Virus record (IMG/VR): IMGVR_UViG_3300017991_000048
Span: 248,001 to 312,000 of that record
Direction: 5' to 3' (one strand)
Length of the DNA stretch: 64,000 nucleotides
Under the pieces are notes generated by a model that was not told where the DNA came from, ran no database searches, and saw only the letters and a list, made by a program, of their open reading frames with translations. Made by a program: the position numbers and the translations under genes. The first letter of the stretch is position 1. Every line of letters starts with the position of its first letter. Shown here one piece after another: positions 29,079 to 46,864 of the stretch.

Positions 29079-29176
29079 TTTAATTTTTCATCTAAGCAGC
29101 TTACGCTGAACTATTGCTATCCGATCCCGTATCTGAGTCTACATTTACATCTAAGCAGGCAAAGCCTGAAAACAAT

Positions 29177-30289
29177 CTAGGTCACTGTGAACAAGTTCGA
29201 AGCAAAGCTTGTGAACTGTACAATAACCGTGGAGCCTGCAACACCAAGACCACCCAACAATGAAGCCGGGATCACAATCGTGGTAGGAGCAACACCGCCC
29301 TGAGTACCGCCTGAGAGGGTTGTCCTGATGGTGTACTGGTGGAGCTTGATCGAAGTCGCGCCGTCAGCAGACGTAACCCTCACAGTGGTGTCATCAATCT
29401 CAGGATCAGCGTGTCCCAGATTGGTTCCTGTGATGGTGATATCACCAGCATTCGGAGCACCGCTTGCAGCCGCACCGATCACTGTCAGAGGGGCTGAAAA
29501 CGGAGTCACACCGTCGTCTGCCACAACCTCAATGGCCGCACCGGGAGTAAATGGCGGAAGCCGATTTGGGTCCGGATTCCAAGTGGGGGCCAGGAACCCA
29601 GAAATCATACCGACCTGGAAGCTCTTGATCGCCACATCCGTTTCGATGAACTGAGGTGCAATACTATCTGCAAGAGCATCGTACTGGGCTTGGGTGCCAC
29701 CCGAACCGACAGTGCCTATAAGAGTTGCGATAGAGACATCCAACGGACCTCCGACCGGCAACGTGGCCGTAATAACAGCAGCCGTGGTCGGAACAGTTGT
29801 CGCTCCAGGAGCCCAACCAACCACACCGTTGAAAGTCGAAGGCGGATCAGCGTCTACCTCAACATAGCTTCCAGTGCCGGTTGTGTTGCTCTGAATTACC
29901 AGAAAAGTCCCGACAAAATCGTCCAAACGAGCAGTGGCATCCACTCCCGCTGTGGCCAAAGCTGTGTTCACAGCCGCCACCAGAGCAGCCCCAGAAGCAT
30001 AAACTCCAGCCGCCACCGTGACAGATGTGAAAGGAGCAGCCGCCGCCAGTTTGATCTCCAGGTTGTCATCAACACCAAGAGTAACCGTGGCTCCTGCCGA
30101 AATGTCAGTGCTTCCTGTACGACCCGCAGGGATATCGCCCAAAGCAGTACCCACAACAGTTGTATCAGGACGCCCCACACGTCGCTCTTGTCCCTCTGGC
30201 TCTGTGGGCGGGTTATACCGACTGATTGGTTCCAGATCCATCAATGCCAACGGTCCTGGTATATCGCCTCTAATAACTCCAACGCGCAT
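29177..30289 (-). CDS. Putative virion protein with sheath-like insert and IPT/Ig-like domain
   Basis: T/A/G/V-rich; GDITITGTNL...TIVIPASL shared with 30689..31297. Confidence 0.6.
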   Translation of the reverse strand: MRVGVIRGDIPGPLALMDLEPISRYNPPTEPEGQERRVGRPDTTVVGTALGDIPAGRTGSTDISAGATVTLGVDDNLEIKLAAAAPFTSVTVAAGVYASGAALVAAVNTALATAGVDATARLDDFVGTFLVIQSNTTGTGSYVEVDADPPSTFNGVVGWAPGATTVPTTAAVITATLPVGGPLDVSIATLIGTVGSGGTQAQYDALADSIAPQFIETDVAIKSFQVGMISGFLAPTWNPDPNRLPPFTPGAAIEVVADDGVTPFSAPLTVIGAAASGAPNAGDITITGTNLGHADPEIDDTTVRVTSADGATSIKLHQYTIRTTLSGGTQGGVAPTTIVIPASLLGGLGVAGSTVIVQFTSFASNLFTVT

Positions 30290-30299
30290 AGCTAGCTCC

Positions 30300-30674
30300 T
30301 TATTCTTCTGCGGTCTCTTTGAACTTTCCGCGTAGTTGATCTCTTTTCAATAACTTGAGGATTGCTCCATAGTCAGAGTAAAAACCTGACACAGATTTGA
30401 GAAATCTGAGTTGATCTCCCTTCCAAGCGAATTTGGCGTCCCTGGTCCAAAGTCGCATCCGTTGTAAGTACTTGAGGTACTTTGACGCATATTCGAGAGT
30501 TTTAAGCTCATCCCGCGCCAACTCAAGATTTGCAAACCGCGACTCAACATCCTTAAGAATAAGTAAAACCTGTCGCATAAGGAAGAGATCCCTTGGTCGC
30601 CATTTTTGATGTACGGCTTGAAAGGTTGACGCCTCTTCTTGCTCCAGAATCCATGGGATGTAACGGTATTGCAC
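30300..30674 (-). CDS. Hypothetical protein
   Basis: 124-aa ORF, GTG start after AAGG. Confidence 0.55.
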   Translation of the reverse strand: MQYRYIPWILEQEEASTFQAVHQKWRPRDLFLMRQVLLILKDVESRFANLELARDELKTLEYASKYLKYLQRMRLWTRDAKFAWKGDQLRFLKSVSGFYSDYGAILKLLKRDQLRGKFKETAEE

Positions 30675-30688
30675 ACTCGGTTTTTCCT

Positions 30689-31297
30689 TTACGGAGTTAC
30701 AGCCACCACTGCCGTAAGCTGCTCGTTGGCTTGCACCTGAGCCGAAGTCACGGCTGGACCGATACCCGGAACCAACGCAGCCGGGATGACAATGGAGGTT
30801 GCTCCCACCGTACCACCGCCGCCTGTGATCTGCGTCTGGGTCAAAGTGACGGCTCCGAAGCCGGTAATGATGACCGATGTAATGTCAGGCGTGACTGACA
30901 AAAAGGTCGTTCCTGTCAAAGTCAAATCGCCCGGACCCGGATTATTAATCTGAGCTACCGTCAGAGTCGGGGCCTGAATTTGGGTTGCAGTCAGCGACAC
31001 AACACTAATGTGTCCTGAGTTCTGAAACCCGTAAATCTTACCCTTACCGGCTGAGTGGGTGACCCGCTGAGTTTCCTGGAGATCGATATACCCCTGGATC
31101 AGAGGGAAGCCTTCCGCCGTTTGAGTGAGGGGAACGTAACACTCCTGCTTCGGCTTACCTATAATGCCATCCCTGACATAAGCATCCGGATCAGCCGTAG
31201 AACCAAGACGATGGTACTGCTTATTGGGAAGACCGTCGTCAATATCATCAATCAGAACAGCGTTCTGAACAGTCTGTTGGTGAATGAGCCTTAACAT
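30689..31297 (-). CDS. Putative virion protein with IPT/Ig-like domain
   Basis: GDLTLTGTTF...SIVIPAAL, paralogous to the C-terminus of 29177..30289. Confidence 0.6.
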   Translation of the reverse strand: MLRLIHQQTVQNAVLIDDIDDGLPNKQYHRLGSTADPDAYVRDGIIGKPKQECYVPLTQTAEGFPLIQGYIDLQETQRVTHSAGKGKIYGFQNSGHISVVSLTATQIQAPTLTVAQINNPGPGDLTLTGTTFLSVTPDITSVIITGFGAVTLTQTQITGGGGTVGATSIVIPAALVPGIGPAVTSAQVQANEQLTAVVAVTP

Positions 31298-31572
31298 ATA
31301 GAGCCTCTCAATTTTTGTTCGACTGCAATCTCGTAGATCTCACAGTTGATAGGGACCTTCGTTGAAAGGCAGCCAATAAAAGAAAGTGCAGAACTTTCGA
31401 CCGCCTTTGGCGTTTTCCGGGACGTCATGTTTCAGACGTTCATTAGATAATTCTCAGAAAACGGACGAATCCCAGAGTTCAATACTATGTAATGTCCTTG
31501 TGCTGGCTCTGCCTACTACCCAAACGACCGCTGTCTGCTGCCATAATTATCAATATGTACCGACACTTCCAG

Positions 31573-32472
31573 CTAACCCCCAAGCAATGCTACAAACTTG
31601 TCTATGCACTGTTCCATCGAGTACCGGCTCTCAACCCACTCCCGACACCACGCAGGATCTTTAGGCTCAATCACCCTCAACTCCTGAAACGTATTCCAAA
31701 GGCATTCCTTGGGCCATATCTGATCTGCTCCAGGCCAAGCATGAATAAGAGGTGTTAGCCCCATTGCCATAGCTTCCGCAATTCCCATACCGAAGCTCTC
31801 GGTCACACTGGTAGACAGGAGAAAACGCTTGCCCTTCAGAAACTCCTGAGTCTGAACCCAACCGTGGTATGTAACATTTGGCAGTTCTAAGTCCTTGAGA
31901 TACCACCCGACCTGTTCATCCTGAATGGTCCCTCCGACATGAAATTGCCTCTCTGGCATTGAGGCCCAAACCGTGCGTAATAAAGTCGGACCTTTTTTCT
32001 TATTCAGGTATCCAACATAAGCAATAAGATTGCTGTCCAGGCTAGCTTCGTCTTGAAGTTGATACTTATCGAGATCGACGCCATTTGGGATGAGATGAAT
32101 TCTTAGGGTTGGATGTTTAAAAAGCTTACCCCTCACAATTTCTCTGAACCTTGGAGACACAACCACGAGATCCGATACGTTACCCCAAGTTATACGTCTC
32201 AGATACTCAGTCTGAGCCTCATACCCGTGTAACCGGATAACAACCTTGGGTCTTTTTTGGAGTTCCCCCAAGCGAGCAGTTATAACTCTTGCGTTATCAT
32301 CACAAAAATCTATAAATATCACATCAGGAGCCAAATCAACGACTTGCTGCCACGCATTATTGGTATAGACATACGACGTTTTGGTGATCTCCCAGTCCGA
32401 AAGTCGCTCCTTCAGGTAAGGGACCAGCGAAAAGCTGTCGGCAACCTGAGCTATAAACAGCTTCATTTCCAC
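31573..32472 (-). CDS. GT-B (GT4-like) glycosyltransferase
   Basis: IHLIPNGVDLDKY, YVGYLNKKKG, ESFGMGIAEAMAMG (Ex7E). Confidence 0.88.
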   Translation of the reverse strand: MEMKLFIAQVADSFSLVPYLKERLSDWEITKTSYVYTNNAWQQVVDLAPDVIFIDFCDDNARVITARLGELQKRPKVVIRLHGYEAQTEYLRRITWGNVSDLVVVSPRFREIVRGKLFKHPTLRIHLIPNGVDLDKYQLQDEASLDSNLIAYVGYLNKKKGPTLLRTVWASMPERQFHVGGTIQDEQVGWYLKDLELPNVTYHGWVQTQEFLKGKRFLLSTSVTESFGMGIAEAMAMGLTPLIHAWPGADQIWPKECLWNTFQELRVIEPKDPAWCREWVESRYSMEQCIDKFVALLGG

Positions 32473-32978
32473 CCCATGATATGCCGTCGGCCCTCTCTGC
32501 TGGTTATCATAACGCTGTTCTCAAAGTCTACAGGGGTCCACTGTGAGAGGTGCTCTTCATGCTTGTTCCCATGAGACGCTTGTTGCCCACTCCAATATGC
32601 GGGGGTTGAGACAAGGTAATGTTTTTTGACGGAACCTAATAATTTCAAGCCGTCCTCACGACTCAAATGCTCAATGACATCCACGAGCAAAATCAGATCA
32701 TACCTCTCAAATATAGGCAGTACCTCCATGACATTACTGTAATAAATTTTATCGTAAACAGCATGGAGAGGGGATTTATAATCTTCGAAAACTTCTACGC
32801 CATCTACTACGGGCGTAATATTCTTCCAGTACTTTAGATACTCAATACACAGTGCGCCCCATTTACCATAGCCTACGCCAATGTCCAGGATAGTTTCAGG
32901 GCACATCTCCATCACTTTGTAAACAAGCTCAGGGATCACATCCGGTCTACAACTGGGCATCTTGTGCCCTCCTTCCAT
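32463..32978 (-). CDS. Class I SAM-dependent methyltransferase
   Basis: ILDIGVGYGKWG motif I, DVIEHL; likely start MPSC at 32960. Confidence 0.8.
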   Translation of the reverse strand: MEGGHKMPSCRPDVIPELVYKVMEMCPETILDIGVGYGKWGALCIEYLKYWKNITPVVDGVEVFEDYKSPLHAVYDKIYYSNVMEVLPIFERYDLILLVDVIEHLSREDGLKLLGSVKKHYLVSTPAYWSGQQASHGNKHEEHLSQWTPVDFENSVMITSREGRRHIMGWK

Positions 32979-33564
32979 AAACGTAAAAATCCGCCAAACT
33001 GCCGTCAGAGTGTTTGGGATAAGGCCACGGGTTGTCCACTTTTTTAATCAAGTCCCACGGAAGGAATGCGGCTTCTACGTAACTGGTAAACTCTCGCTCC
33101 CGTTCATGTGCCGCTGTTCTGTTCTCAAAGTTAGATGAGTAGATGATCACAAACTTCTGGGCAGCGCAAAACAAGGCATCCATATAGTTAAAGTACACCT
33201 CATCCTCCACCAAGTGATAAATCACGTCTAAACTTAATGCCAACTCAGCAGAATCATCCAAACGTATGGGATTCCCCACTAACTGAAATCTTTTGTTGGG
33301 ATCAGACTTGTACTTGTTTGTACAAAGCTCGATAGCCTTTTCAGAAACGTCCACACCCAGATAATCCGGGGCCTGTAGTAAGCCAAGTTGATTTCCATCC
33401 CCGCACCCAAGCTCCACTACCGATTGGATCTGATTTTCCGCTATGAAGTCATTGATCACACCGGCCTTAAATTCCGCCAGCTTGCCGTAAGAACCCCATC
33501 CTGAGTTTCCCCCGTTACAATAACGCTGCTGCCAATACTTAGCGGAATAAGGTTTTACGTGCAT
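32947..33564 (-). CDS. Class I SAM-dependent methyltransferase
   Basis: SVVELGCGDG, YLGVDVSE, SLDVIYHLVED. Confidence 0.82.
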   Translation of the reverse strand: MHVKPYSAKYWQQRYCNGGNSGWGSYGKLAEFKAGVINDFIAENQIQSVVELGCGDGNQLGLLQAPDYLGVDVSEKAIELCTNKYKSDPNKRFQLVGNPIRLDDSAELALSLDVIYHLVEDEVYFNYMDALFCAAQKFVIIYSSNFENRTAAHEREREFTSYVEAAFLPWDLIKKVDNPWPYPKHSDGSLADFYVYGRRAQDAQL

Positions 33565-34829
33565 TTTATAACAAACTTTGACCCTTTGGTAATCTCTACG
33601 CTGCTGAAATATGAATCCAACAGGTCGTGCAACCTTTTCTCGGTGAAATAATTGTTGTGCATGTTCATATAATCACCGATAGGAGAAGCAGGGGTAGACG
33701 ATACCAGTACGTGATCTTGGCTCAACTTGGGCATTAATTTATCCAAAAACTCATCCCACTCTTTCGTGGATACGTGCTCAAGGATGTCCATCAAAAATAC
33801 AATGTCAATATCCTTCTCTGGTATTCGATCGATCTCAGTTACCGAAAGCGTATAGAGAGGGACACTTGAATCATCAATATGTTTGGAAGCAATCTCTTTG
33901 GCGGCAGGGGCGTAGTCTATCCCTATACATTTCTTTGCACCCTGTTTTTTGCACCATTTGAGAGCTTCGCCTCTACCAAACCCTACGTCCAAAACTACCT
34001 TGCCCTCAACCTCGACCATTTTGATTAAACTCAGCTTTTGCTGCGAGATCGAGTTCTCCCTAAACTCTTTCAGCCCCTCAACACCTATCTCTTGTCCGTT
34101 GAACTTAGATATGCCACCGAGAAAATAAGTCTCATCGTAAAGGTGCCTTATCTTCTCTGAGTTCATTTCCTCTACATGAATGTCCTCTGTCACCTTATAG
34201 TTGGTTAACTTATCGTAAGTAAGAGAATACCCTAAGAGAGTGTCAGGCAAAATCTCATCAATGGCTCTCAACAGCTTCTCTGGCGGCTCTTTAGGCTGGA
34301 TCGGAGTCTCATACGAGGCCCACCCCACTCGCTCCTGGACCCGTTTATAATAGCTATCCGCTTTTGTTAAAGAATACCAACTAGCTATTTGATCCAGAAC
34401 TTGATCATGTTTGTCGCTTATAAGATCTTCATACCGAACCCAATGGCATCCGCGTGTATACCACTCCACATGCCTGAGCCAGTTTGCCACCCCTTGCTTT
34501 CCGACAAACAGATCGGAGTCCCGCTTACATAACGGGTCCAACAGCCGCCAAAAAGACATCAAGGTATCGATCGGGTGTCGAACAATATACAATGTCCTTT
34601 TCGGATCTCTGGCCCAAAGATTATGCGTATGCCAAAGATGGTGCCAGGGTATTATAGCCCGACTTCCAGGACCCCACACCTCATCGCCCCGGACAAATTT
34701 ATACCCGCTAGGCATTCTCACGGAGGACGATACATCAGGCAGCTCAAAATTCTTCCAAATCGTAGCTCCCAGAAGATGAGTACCGCTTCTTTTATGCGAA
34801 CAGATTCTTATCGGAATCTCCGGTGGCAT
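33555..34829 (-). CDS. Sulfotransferase-like domain fused to SAM methyltransferase
   Basis: N-half SHKRSGTHLL (5'-PSB loop), YIVRHPIDTLMS (3'-PB), VRYEDL; C-half VLDVGFGRGE, GIDYA, DILEHV. Confidence 0.75.
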   Translation of the reverse strand: MPPEIPIRICSHKRSGTHLLGATIWKNFELPDVSSSVRMPSGYKFVRGDEVWGPGSRAIIPWHHLWHTHNLWARDPKRTLYIVRHPIDTLMSFWRLLDPLCKRDSDLFVGKQGVANWLRHVEWYTRGCHWVRYEDLISDKHDQVLDQIASWYSLTKADSYYKRVQERVGWASYETPIQPKEPPEKLLRAIDEILPDTLLGYSLTYDKLTNYKVTEDIHVEEMNSEKIRHLYDETYFLGGISKFNGQEIGVEGLKEFRENSISQQKLSLIKMVEVEGKVVLDVGFGRGEALKWCKKQGAKKCIGIDYAPAAKEIASKHIDDSSVPLYTLSVTEIDRIPEKDIDIVFLMDILEHVSTKEWDEFLDKLMPKLSQDHVLVSSTPASPIGDYMNMHNNYFTEKRLHDLLDSYFSSVEITKGSKFVIKCT

Positions 34830-36484
34830 TACACGTTCCTCACAAACAACACATCTTTATTTGTGGCTGATTTGGCGTATCGTTTCCAAGCCGCTGCATT
34901 ATTAGGGCCGCACATCTGAGCCATGAATAATAGTGCCTCTTTAAACTCAGCATTGATAAGGATCGCCTGTAAGCAGTTATCCTTCGCCTCTTTCCAGTTC
35001 CCCAAGTTATGATGGCATCTTGCCATCCGTAATCGTGCCTCAGCCATCTCTGATGCCCAACTCGCCTGTTTTAAATACAACTCATATGTATCAATGGCTT
35101 TTTGCCACTCACTTCGATAGTAGTGTTCCCGCGCCAAATAAAACTTGTATCGGGCATTGTTAGGCTCTTTTTCGACCGCCTTGGTCATTATCCGAAACAT
35201 GCGACCCTGATCGCGGTCGTGTGCTTCACTCCGTCCGTATATAATTTTTACGCCACTGAAAGCGTCAGCCAATCGTGTTATTGCCTCATGTCCAATCCCG
35301 TGAAAACGTAAGCCGCGCCGGTTACGCCAAAAACGTACCGGATAGTTGATTTGGTTTGTCCCTTTGGCTTGTAACGCACATGACAATGCCCACGCCGTCG
35401 AAGGCACCTCACTTATGCCTCTACGCAGCTTGGCAATTCCGTTTGGCTCTAACACTTCATCAGCGTCAATACTCAAAATCCAGTCGGTTGTACTCCGGGC
35501 GATGGCAAAGTTCCGGGCATCGTCAAACTCATCTTTCCAGACATATTCGCCTTCGGATACTTTATCCGTATACTTCCGAGCTATATCCGGTGTCCCGTCA
35601 TCAGACCCCGTGTCCACAACCACTATCTCATCTATACCTTTGAGGGAACTCAAACACGTATCCAGACATGAGGATTCGTTCTTAACAATCATGGCGGCAC
35701 CGATTGTAGGTTCTGACTTTGGCATCGGTAGGCTTGCGAACAGTTCGGTGTGTTCGGCTGTCTCAGGCTCGATCTTACCCTTGGTGCTGGTCTTCACTAA
35801 CTCATGGTATTCCTTACGAATTTCGGACTGCATTCCCGTCTCAGGGTGAGCACTAAGTTGGTCAGGATGGATACCCCGTTGGAAAGTCGCTTCCTTAATT
35901 TCTCCAACAGTCAAGCCTATTCGTTCGGCTCGTACAATAAATTCATAGTCAGCGGCACAACGCCACGGTTCGTAACCCCCTACCCGCTCCCAAGATGCTT
36001 TCCAGATGCCAAAAGCTCCGTAAGCCAACAGTTTATCGTGGGTAACCTGACGGACAATATCTACCCCTTGTCTCACAAGCGCCTGTCGATCCGCAAGAAA
36101 GGGATAAGGAATATCATCGGCCCCAAAAAACATTACATAAGGATGCTGAGCCAGCGGGACCAGAGTATTGAACACGATATAAGGTCCGTGGTTTTCTGGG
36201 AACCACACTACTCGTGTGTTGGATGGCAGTTGTATAGAACATAGTAACTCCAGCGTCTCAGAACAGCCGTCCACCCCTATGAGAATCTCCAGAGGCATTT
36301 GGACTTTGTTGTCTTGAGAAGCAAAAGCGTCCAGACAGTCGCCAATATGTTCTGTAGCGTTCCACGCGGAGATGATAATGCTCATCCCCTCAATATCAGG
36401 CTGTGGAGCATCTTTCGACTTTGGCTTTTTAGCTCGTACTGGTGCCTTTTTCTTCGTCTTCTTTTTACTCGCCATAACATCCAA
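34829..36484 (-). CDS. Double GT2 glycosyltransferase with C-terminal TPRs
   Basis: IIISAWN..HIGDCL, FFGADD; second GT2 AMIVKNE...VVVDTGSDDGT, IDADE; TPR-like helices FYLAREHYY...A. Confidence 0.88.
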   Translation of the reverse strand: MDVMASKKKTKKKAPVRAKKPKSKDAPQPDIEGMSIIISAWNATEHIGDCLDAFASQDNKVQMPLEILIGVDGCSETLELLCSIQLPSNTRVVWFPENHGPYIVFNTLVPLAQHPYVMFFGADDIPYPFLADRQALVRQGVDIVRQVTHDKLLAYGAFGIWKASWERVGGYEPWRCAADYEFIVRAERIGLTVGEIKEATFQRGIHPDQLSAHPETGMQSEIRKEYHELVKTSTKGKIEPETAEHTELFASLPMPKSEPTIGAAMIVKNESSCLDTCLSSLKGIDEIVVVDTGSDDGTPDIARKYTDKVSEGEYVWKDEFDDARNFAIARSTTDWILSIDADEVLEPNGIAKLRRGISEVPSTAWALSCALQAKGTNQINYPVRFWRNRRGLRFHGIGHEAITRLADAFSGVKIIYGRSEAHDRDQGRMFRIMTKAVEKEPNNARYKFYLAREHYYRSEWQKAIDTYELYLKQASWASEMAEARLRMARCHHNLGNWKEAKDNCLQAILINAEFKEALLFMAQMCGPNNAAAWKRYAKSATNKDVLFVRNV

Positions 36485-36502
36485 CTACACCAAATTTGGA
36501 TG

Positions 36503-37525
36503 TTATGCGGTGGTGGTTCTCGATATCAACATAGACCAAGTAATGTGTCGATCTGAGCCTGCTGCTGTTCTATAGAGAAACGCTTTGGCCTTCCACTGGG
36601 GTAAGATGGTAGCTGGAATGTTATTATAGACAGTCAAGTCTTCATGCCCATCTCCCATCAACCACATTTTCCGTAGGTACGCTGCTAATGGTATATCAGC
36701 ATCAAACAAATTGTGTGTGCCTGTCCCCGGCGTGTAAGTTAGGCTGTCAGTAGCTGCCACGTAAGTGAAAAACCCATCACCATCCGGTGCTGCCACTGGA
36801 ACAGCTTTTGTGAAGTTTACATTAGCATTCAACTTCTCTGTAAGGTTCACATCCCAATCAGGACCGTCAGCGCCCGGTGTACTGGGATCAACGATCATGT
36901 TTCCAACACCAGGAATGGCGAGTTTACCATAAGCTCCTGAACCTGGATTGCTCACAATATTTGATGTGGCCGGGGCAAAAAGGCTGAATGTGGCATAATC
37001 ACCAAATTCACAATTTTTCCAGAGAACATGGCCTCCACCTAAACGTATGACCTCGATAAATTGTGAAGTAATAGTTGTATCACCCTCTGCGGTCAACTCT
37101 GCTTTGAACGCTGTACCATCTCCGACAGTACCATTAGTGATATCATCGCCTTCGCCACACCAAATCACATACTGTGCAATAGGCCATGTGTTTGCGGCCA
37201 CGACAGGCGATCCATCATCATCCACTGGACCATTTATGTGTACTTTCGGAATGCCTTCATCAGTTGTCGGATCTTCAAGCGGCAGACCTGAATGAGCGCC
37301 TATAATACCGCCGCACGGGTCGGTGGTATCTCCATCAAGAACAGTCTTATCAGCGGCGGGTAAAGAGTTTTTGAAAACGACATCTAACTCATCCCCTGTG
37401 ATGTCTATTCTATCAAGAGCGATTGTGATAGCACTCTCTTGAATTTCAAGGGTCAGTCTGGGAGCATCACACGCGCCAGCTACAATGTCATTCGCTATAG
37501 AATATGTGTAAGTAGTCTCAGCCAT
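36503..37525 (-). CDS. Putative fibre-associated protein
   Basis: N-terminal ~75 aa (TYTYSI..D...EI.ESAI..ALD.I...GDE.D..F) paralogous to 37525..38112. Confidence 0.55.
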   Translation of the reverse strand: MAETTYTYSIANDIVAGACDAPRLTLEIQESAITIALDRIDITGDELDVVFKNSLPAADKTVLDGDTTDPCGGIIGAHSGLPLEDPTTDEGIPKVHINGPVDDDGSPVVAANTWPIAQYVIWCGEGDDITNGTVGDGTAFKAELTAEGDTTITSQFIEVIRLGGGHVLWKNCEFGDYATFSLFAPATSNIVSNPGSGAYGKLAIPGVGNMIVDPSTPGADGPDWDVNLTEKLNANVNFTKAVPVAAPDGDGFFTYVAATDSLTYTPGTGTHNLFDADIPLAAYLRKMWLMGDGHEDLTVYNNIPATILPQWKAKAFLYRTAAGSDRHITWSMLISRTTTA

Positions 37526-38111
37526 CAGTCTCTCTCCATCAAGACAATAGTAGCCCTACGAATATAAGCTGCGCCCTGTCTCCCTTGAGCTTTGAATTGT
37601 AATTTGACTTGTGGCGTATCGCCTGAATTAAACTCTATGTATGCCTCTCCGCTAGAATACCGCCACCGATTCTTAATCCAGTTATCAGTACAGTACTCGA
37701 TCCCATCAACTTCAATTCGAGTTTCAATTCTTGTAGAGCTACTATTCGATGTTTTTACTTCGTAACTCCATGCAACTCGGTAAGTACCGCCAGTTACAGG
37801 ATCAAGAGTTGAATTTATCTTATCCCGGTACTCTGTTGTAGTGCTTATGCTCTCTTCCTCAGATGTTACCGTTTGAGGCGCATCTGTGGTGTCCGTACCT
37901 TGATGTGCTGCTACAAGCCCATCAAGAATGGTTTGATCGCCACCACTGAGAGCGTCATCGAACCAAATATCACACTCATCTCCGCTGGTGAAAATATAAT
38001 CCAAAGCCGTAACAATCGCGGAACCCTCAATCTCTTTTGTCAATATGGTACTGTTGACTTTCTGGTTTGGAAAATCACCGCTGATACTATAAGTGTATTT
38101 AGTAGCAGCCA

Positions 38112-38112
<1 letters not shown>
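37525..38112 (-). CDS. Putative fibre-associated protein with fibre-tip-like C-domain
   Basis: Shared N-domain with 36503..37525; C-domain resembles the collagen protein's C-terminal tip. Confidence 0.55.
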
Positions 38113-45556
<7,444 letters not shown>

Positions 45557-45564
45557 ATGTCCTC

Positions 45565-46005
45565 TTACTTAATAAAGGGGTCATAAGTTTTTGCGCTTTT
45601 GTTCGCTGCATCGGCGGCTGTGACAACACCGTGCTCACCTTTTACTTTTTGATAAGTAGACTGGTAGGCTAAATCCTTGGCTTCTTCCCAAGATGATGTC
45701 GTTTGGCCTTGAAAATTAGGCTGTAACTCTTTGGGTTTAACGTGCTCTTTTTGCCGCCTTTTCATCTCCCGGCTACGGCTAGCCCGGTAAGCATTCTCTT
45801 TGGCACCCTTAGATACCCAACCCCCGGATTCTCCATCTTTGAGCACAAACCCAACATTACTGGGGTTGAACACTATTTGAGCCTGACCGCCGCAATCACA
45901 ATCGAGCCTCAGTTGGCCTTTTGATACAAGGTCGTACTGCTTAAACGTAAGCTTCCGATCTTGCGCCTTCTGACAATCTTTACATTCAGTGTTATATACA
46001 GGCAT
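45565..46005 (-). CDS. FmdB-like zinc-ribbon protein
   Basis: MPVYNTECKDC...DCDCGG; F.LK...GW. Confidence 0.7.
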   Translation of the reverse strand: MPVYNTECKDCQKAQDRKLTFKQYDLVSKGQLRLDCDCGGQAQIVFNPSNVGFVLKDGESGGWVSKGAKENAYRASRSREMKRRQKEHVKPKELQPNFQGQTTSSWEEAKDLAYQSTYQKVKGEHGVVTAADAANKSAKTYDPFIK

Positions 46006-46019
46006 TTTTTATCCGATCT

Positions 46020-46862
46020 TTATTTGGGTTTGCCTACCGTCCATCCTTTAGTGTGTGTCAGAACCGCAGCCACGTGCTTACACACACGGTTGATACCAGT
46101 AGGATCTCTAATGATTGGAAAACTCGCAGTGCCACGAGGCTTCCCATCAATAAACTCTTCGGTGACGCCGTGATACTCCGGACCTTGCCACCGCCATGCT
46201 GGACATGAACATTTGATGTCCAAGTCCATCTTGGAAAACTTTGTCACCTTTCCGGGACGGAAAGCTTTAATCTTAACAACCTTGGGTCCGTTGCCACAGT
46301 CAACAGAAAAGACCCAACGTAAATTCTTGGTGTCCACTCTTTTGGTGCTCACCGCACAACGAGACGCTCTCTCAACATACCTGGGGTTCAGCCCCTCCGT
46401 TATTGCATCCATACGGAGTGCAACTTTGATCCTGGAACCGCTTTTAATCCGAAGCGCGGGGGTCTGTGATAGCTGATAAAGCCCTACAACAAACTCAGCC
46501 GACGCAGACTTTGTGTTCGGGATACCGTCACGGTAAGGATACTTTGTCTTTGGGCCGACCCACTTGCCTTTACCAAAGGTGCCTATACCGTCGTGTTTAT
46601 CGGCGTTGTCCTCATTAATCTCTGGACGGTTCTGTTCTTTCAGCAGATCATCGGCCTCATCAACTCTATAAATGGACTCATCTTTTGGCTTATCAAAATC
46701 CCTGGTATCCTTTACAGGCTTTACATAGGTCTTTGTTCCAGGGATATCTTTATCAAGAGACAGCCCTTTACTCGCAGGATCACCAGTAGGCAATCCTGAC
46801 TCCGCAACAGTTTCACCGTATGCGGGGCGAGTTATAAGAGGCTGTGATAATGAGGAACTCAT
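46020..46862 (-). CDS. SWIM-type zinc-finger protein
   Basis: DIKCSCPAW...VCKHVAAVL (CxC...CxH). Confidence 0.7.
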   Translation of the reverse strand: MSSSLSQPLITRPAYGETVAESGLPTGDPASKGLSLDKDIPGTKTYVKPVKDTRDFDKPKDESIYRVDEADDLLKEQNRPEINEDNADKHDGIGTFGKGKWVGPKTKYPYRDGIPNTKSASAEFVVGLYQLSQTPALRIKSGSRIKVALRMDAITEGLNPRYVERASRCAVSTKRVDTKNLRWVFSVDCGNGPKVVKIKAFRPGKVTKFSKMDLDIKCSCPAWRWQGPEYHGVTEEFIDGKPRGTASFPIIRDPTGINRVCKHVAAVLTHTKGWTVGKPK

Positions 46863-46864
46863 AT

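Noticed and set aside
31298-31572. 275-nt gap after the glycosyltransferase cluster as a possible ncRNA or tRNA
   Set aside because: No cloverleaf, strong hairpin or convincing ORF was found by eye; probably promoter or spacer DNA. A covariance-model search would settle it.
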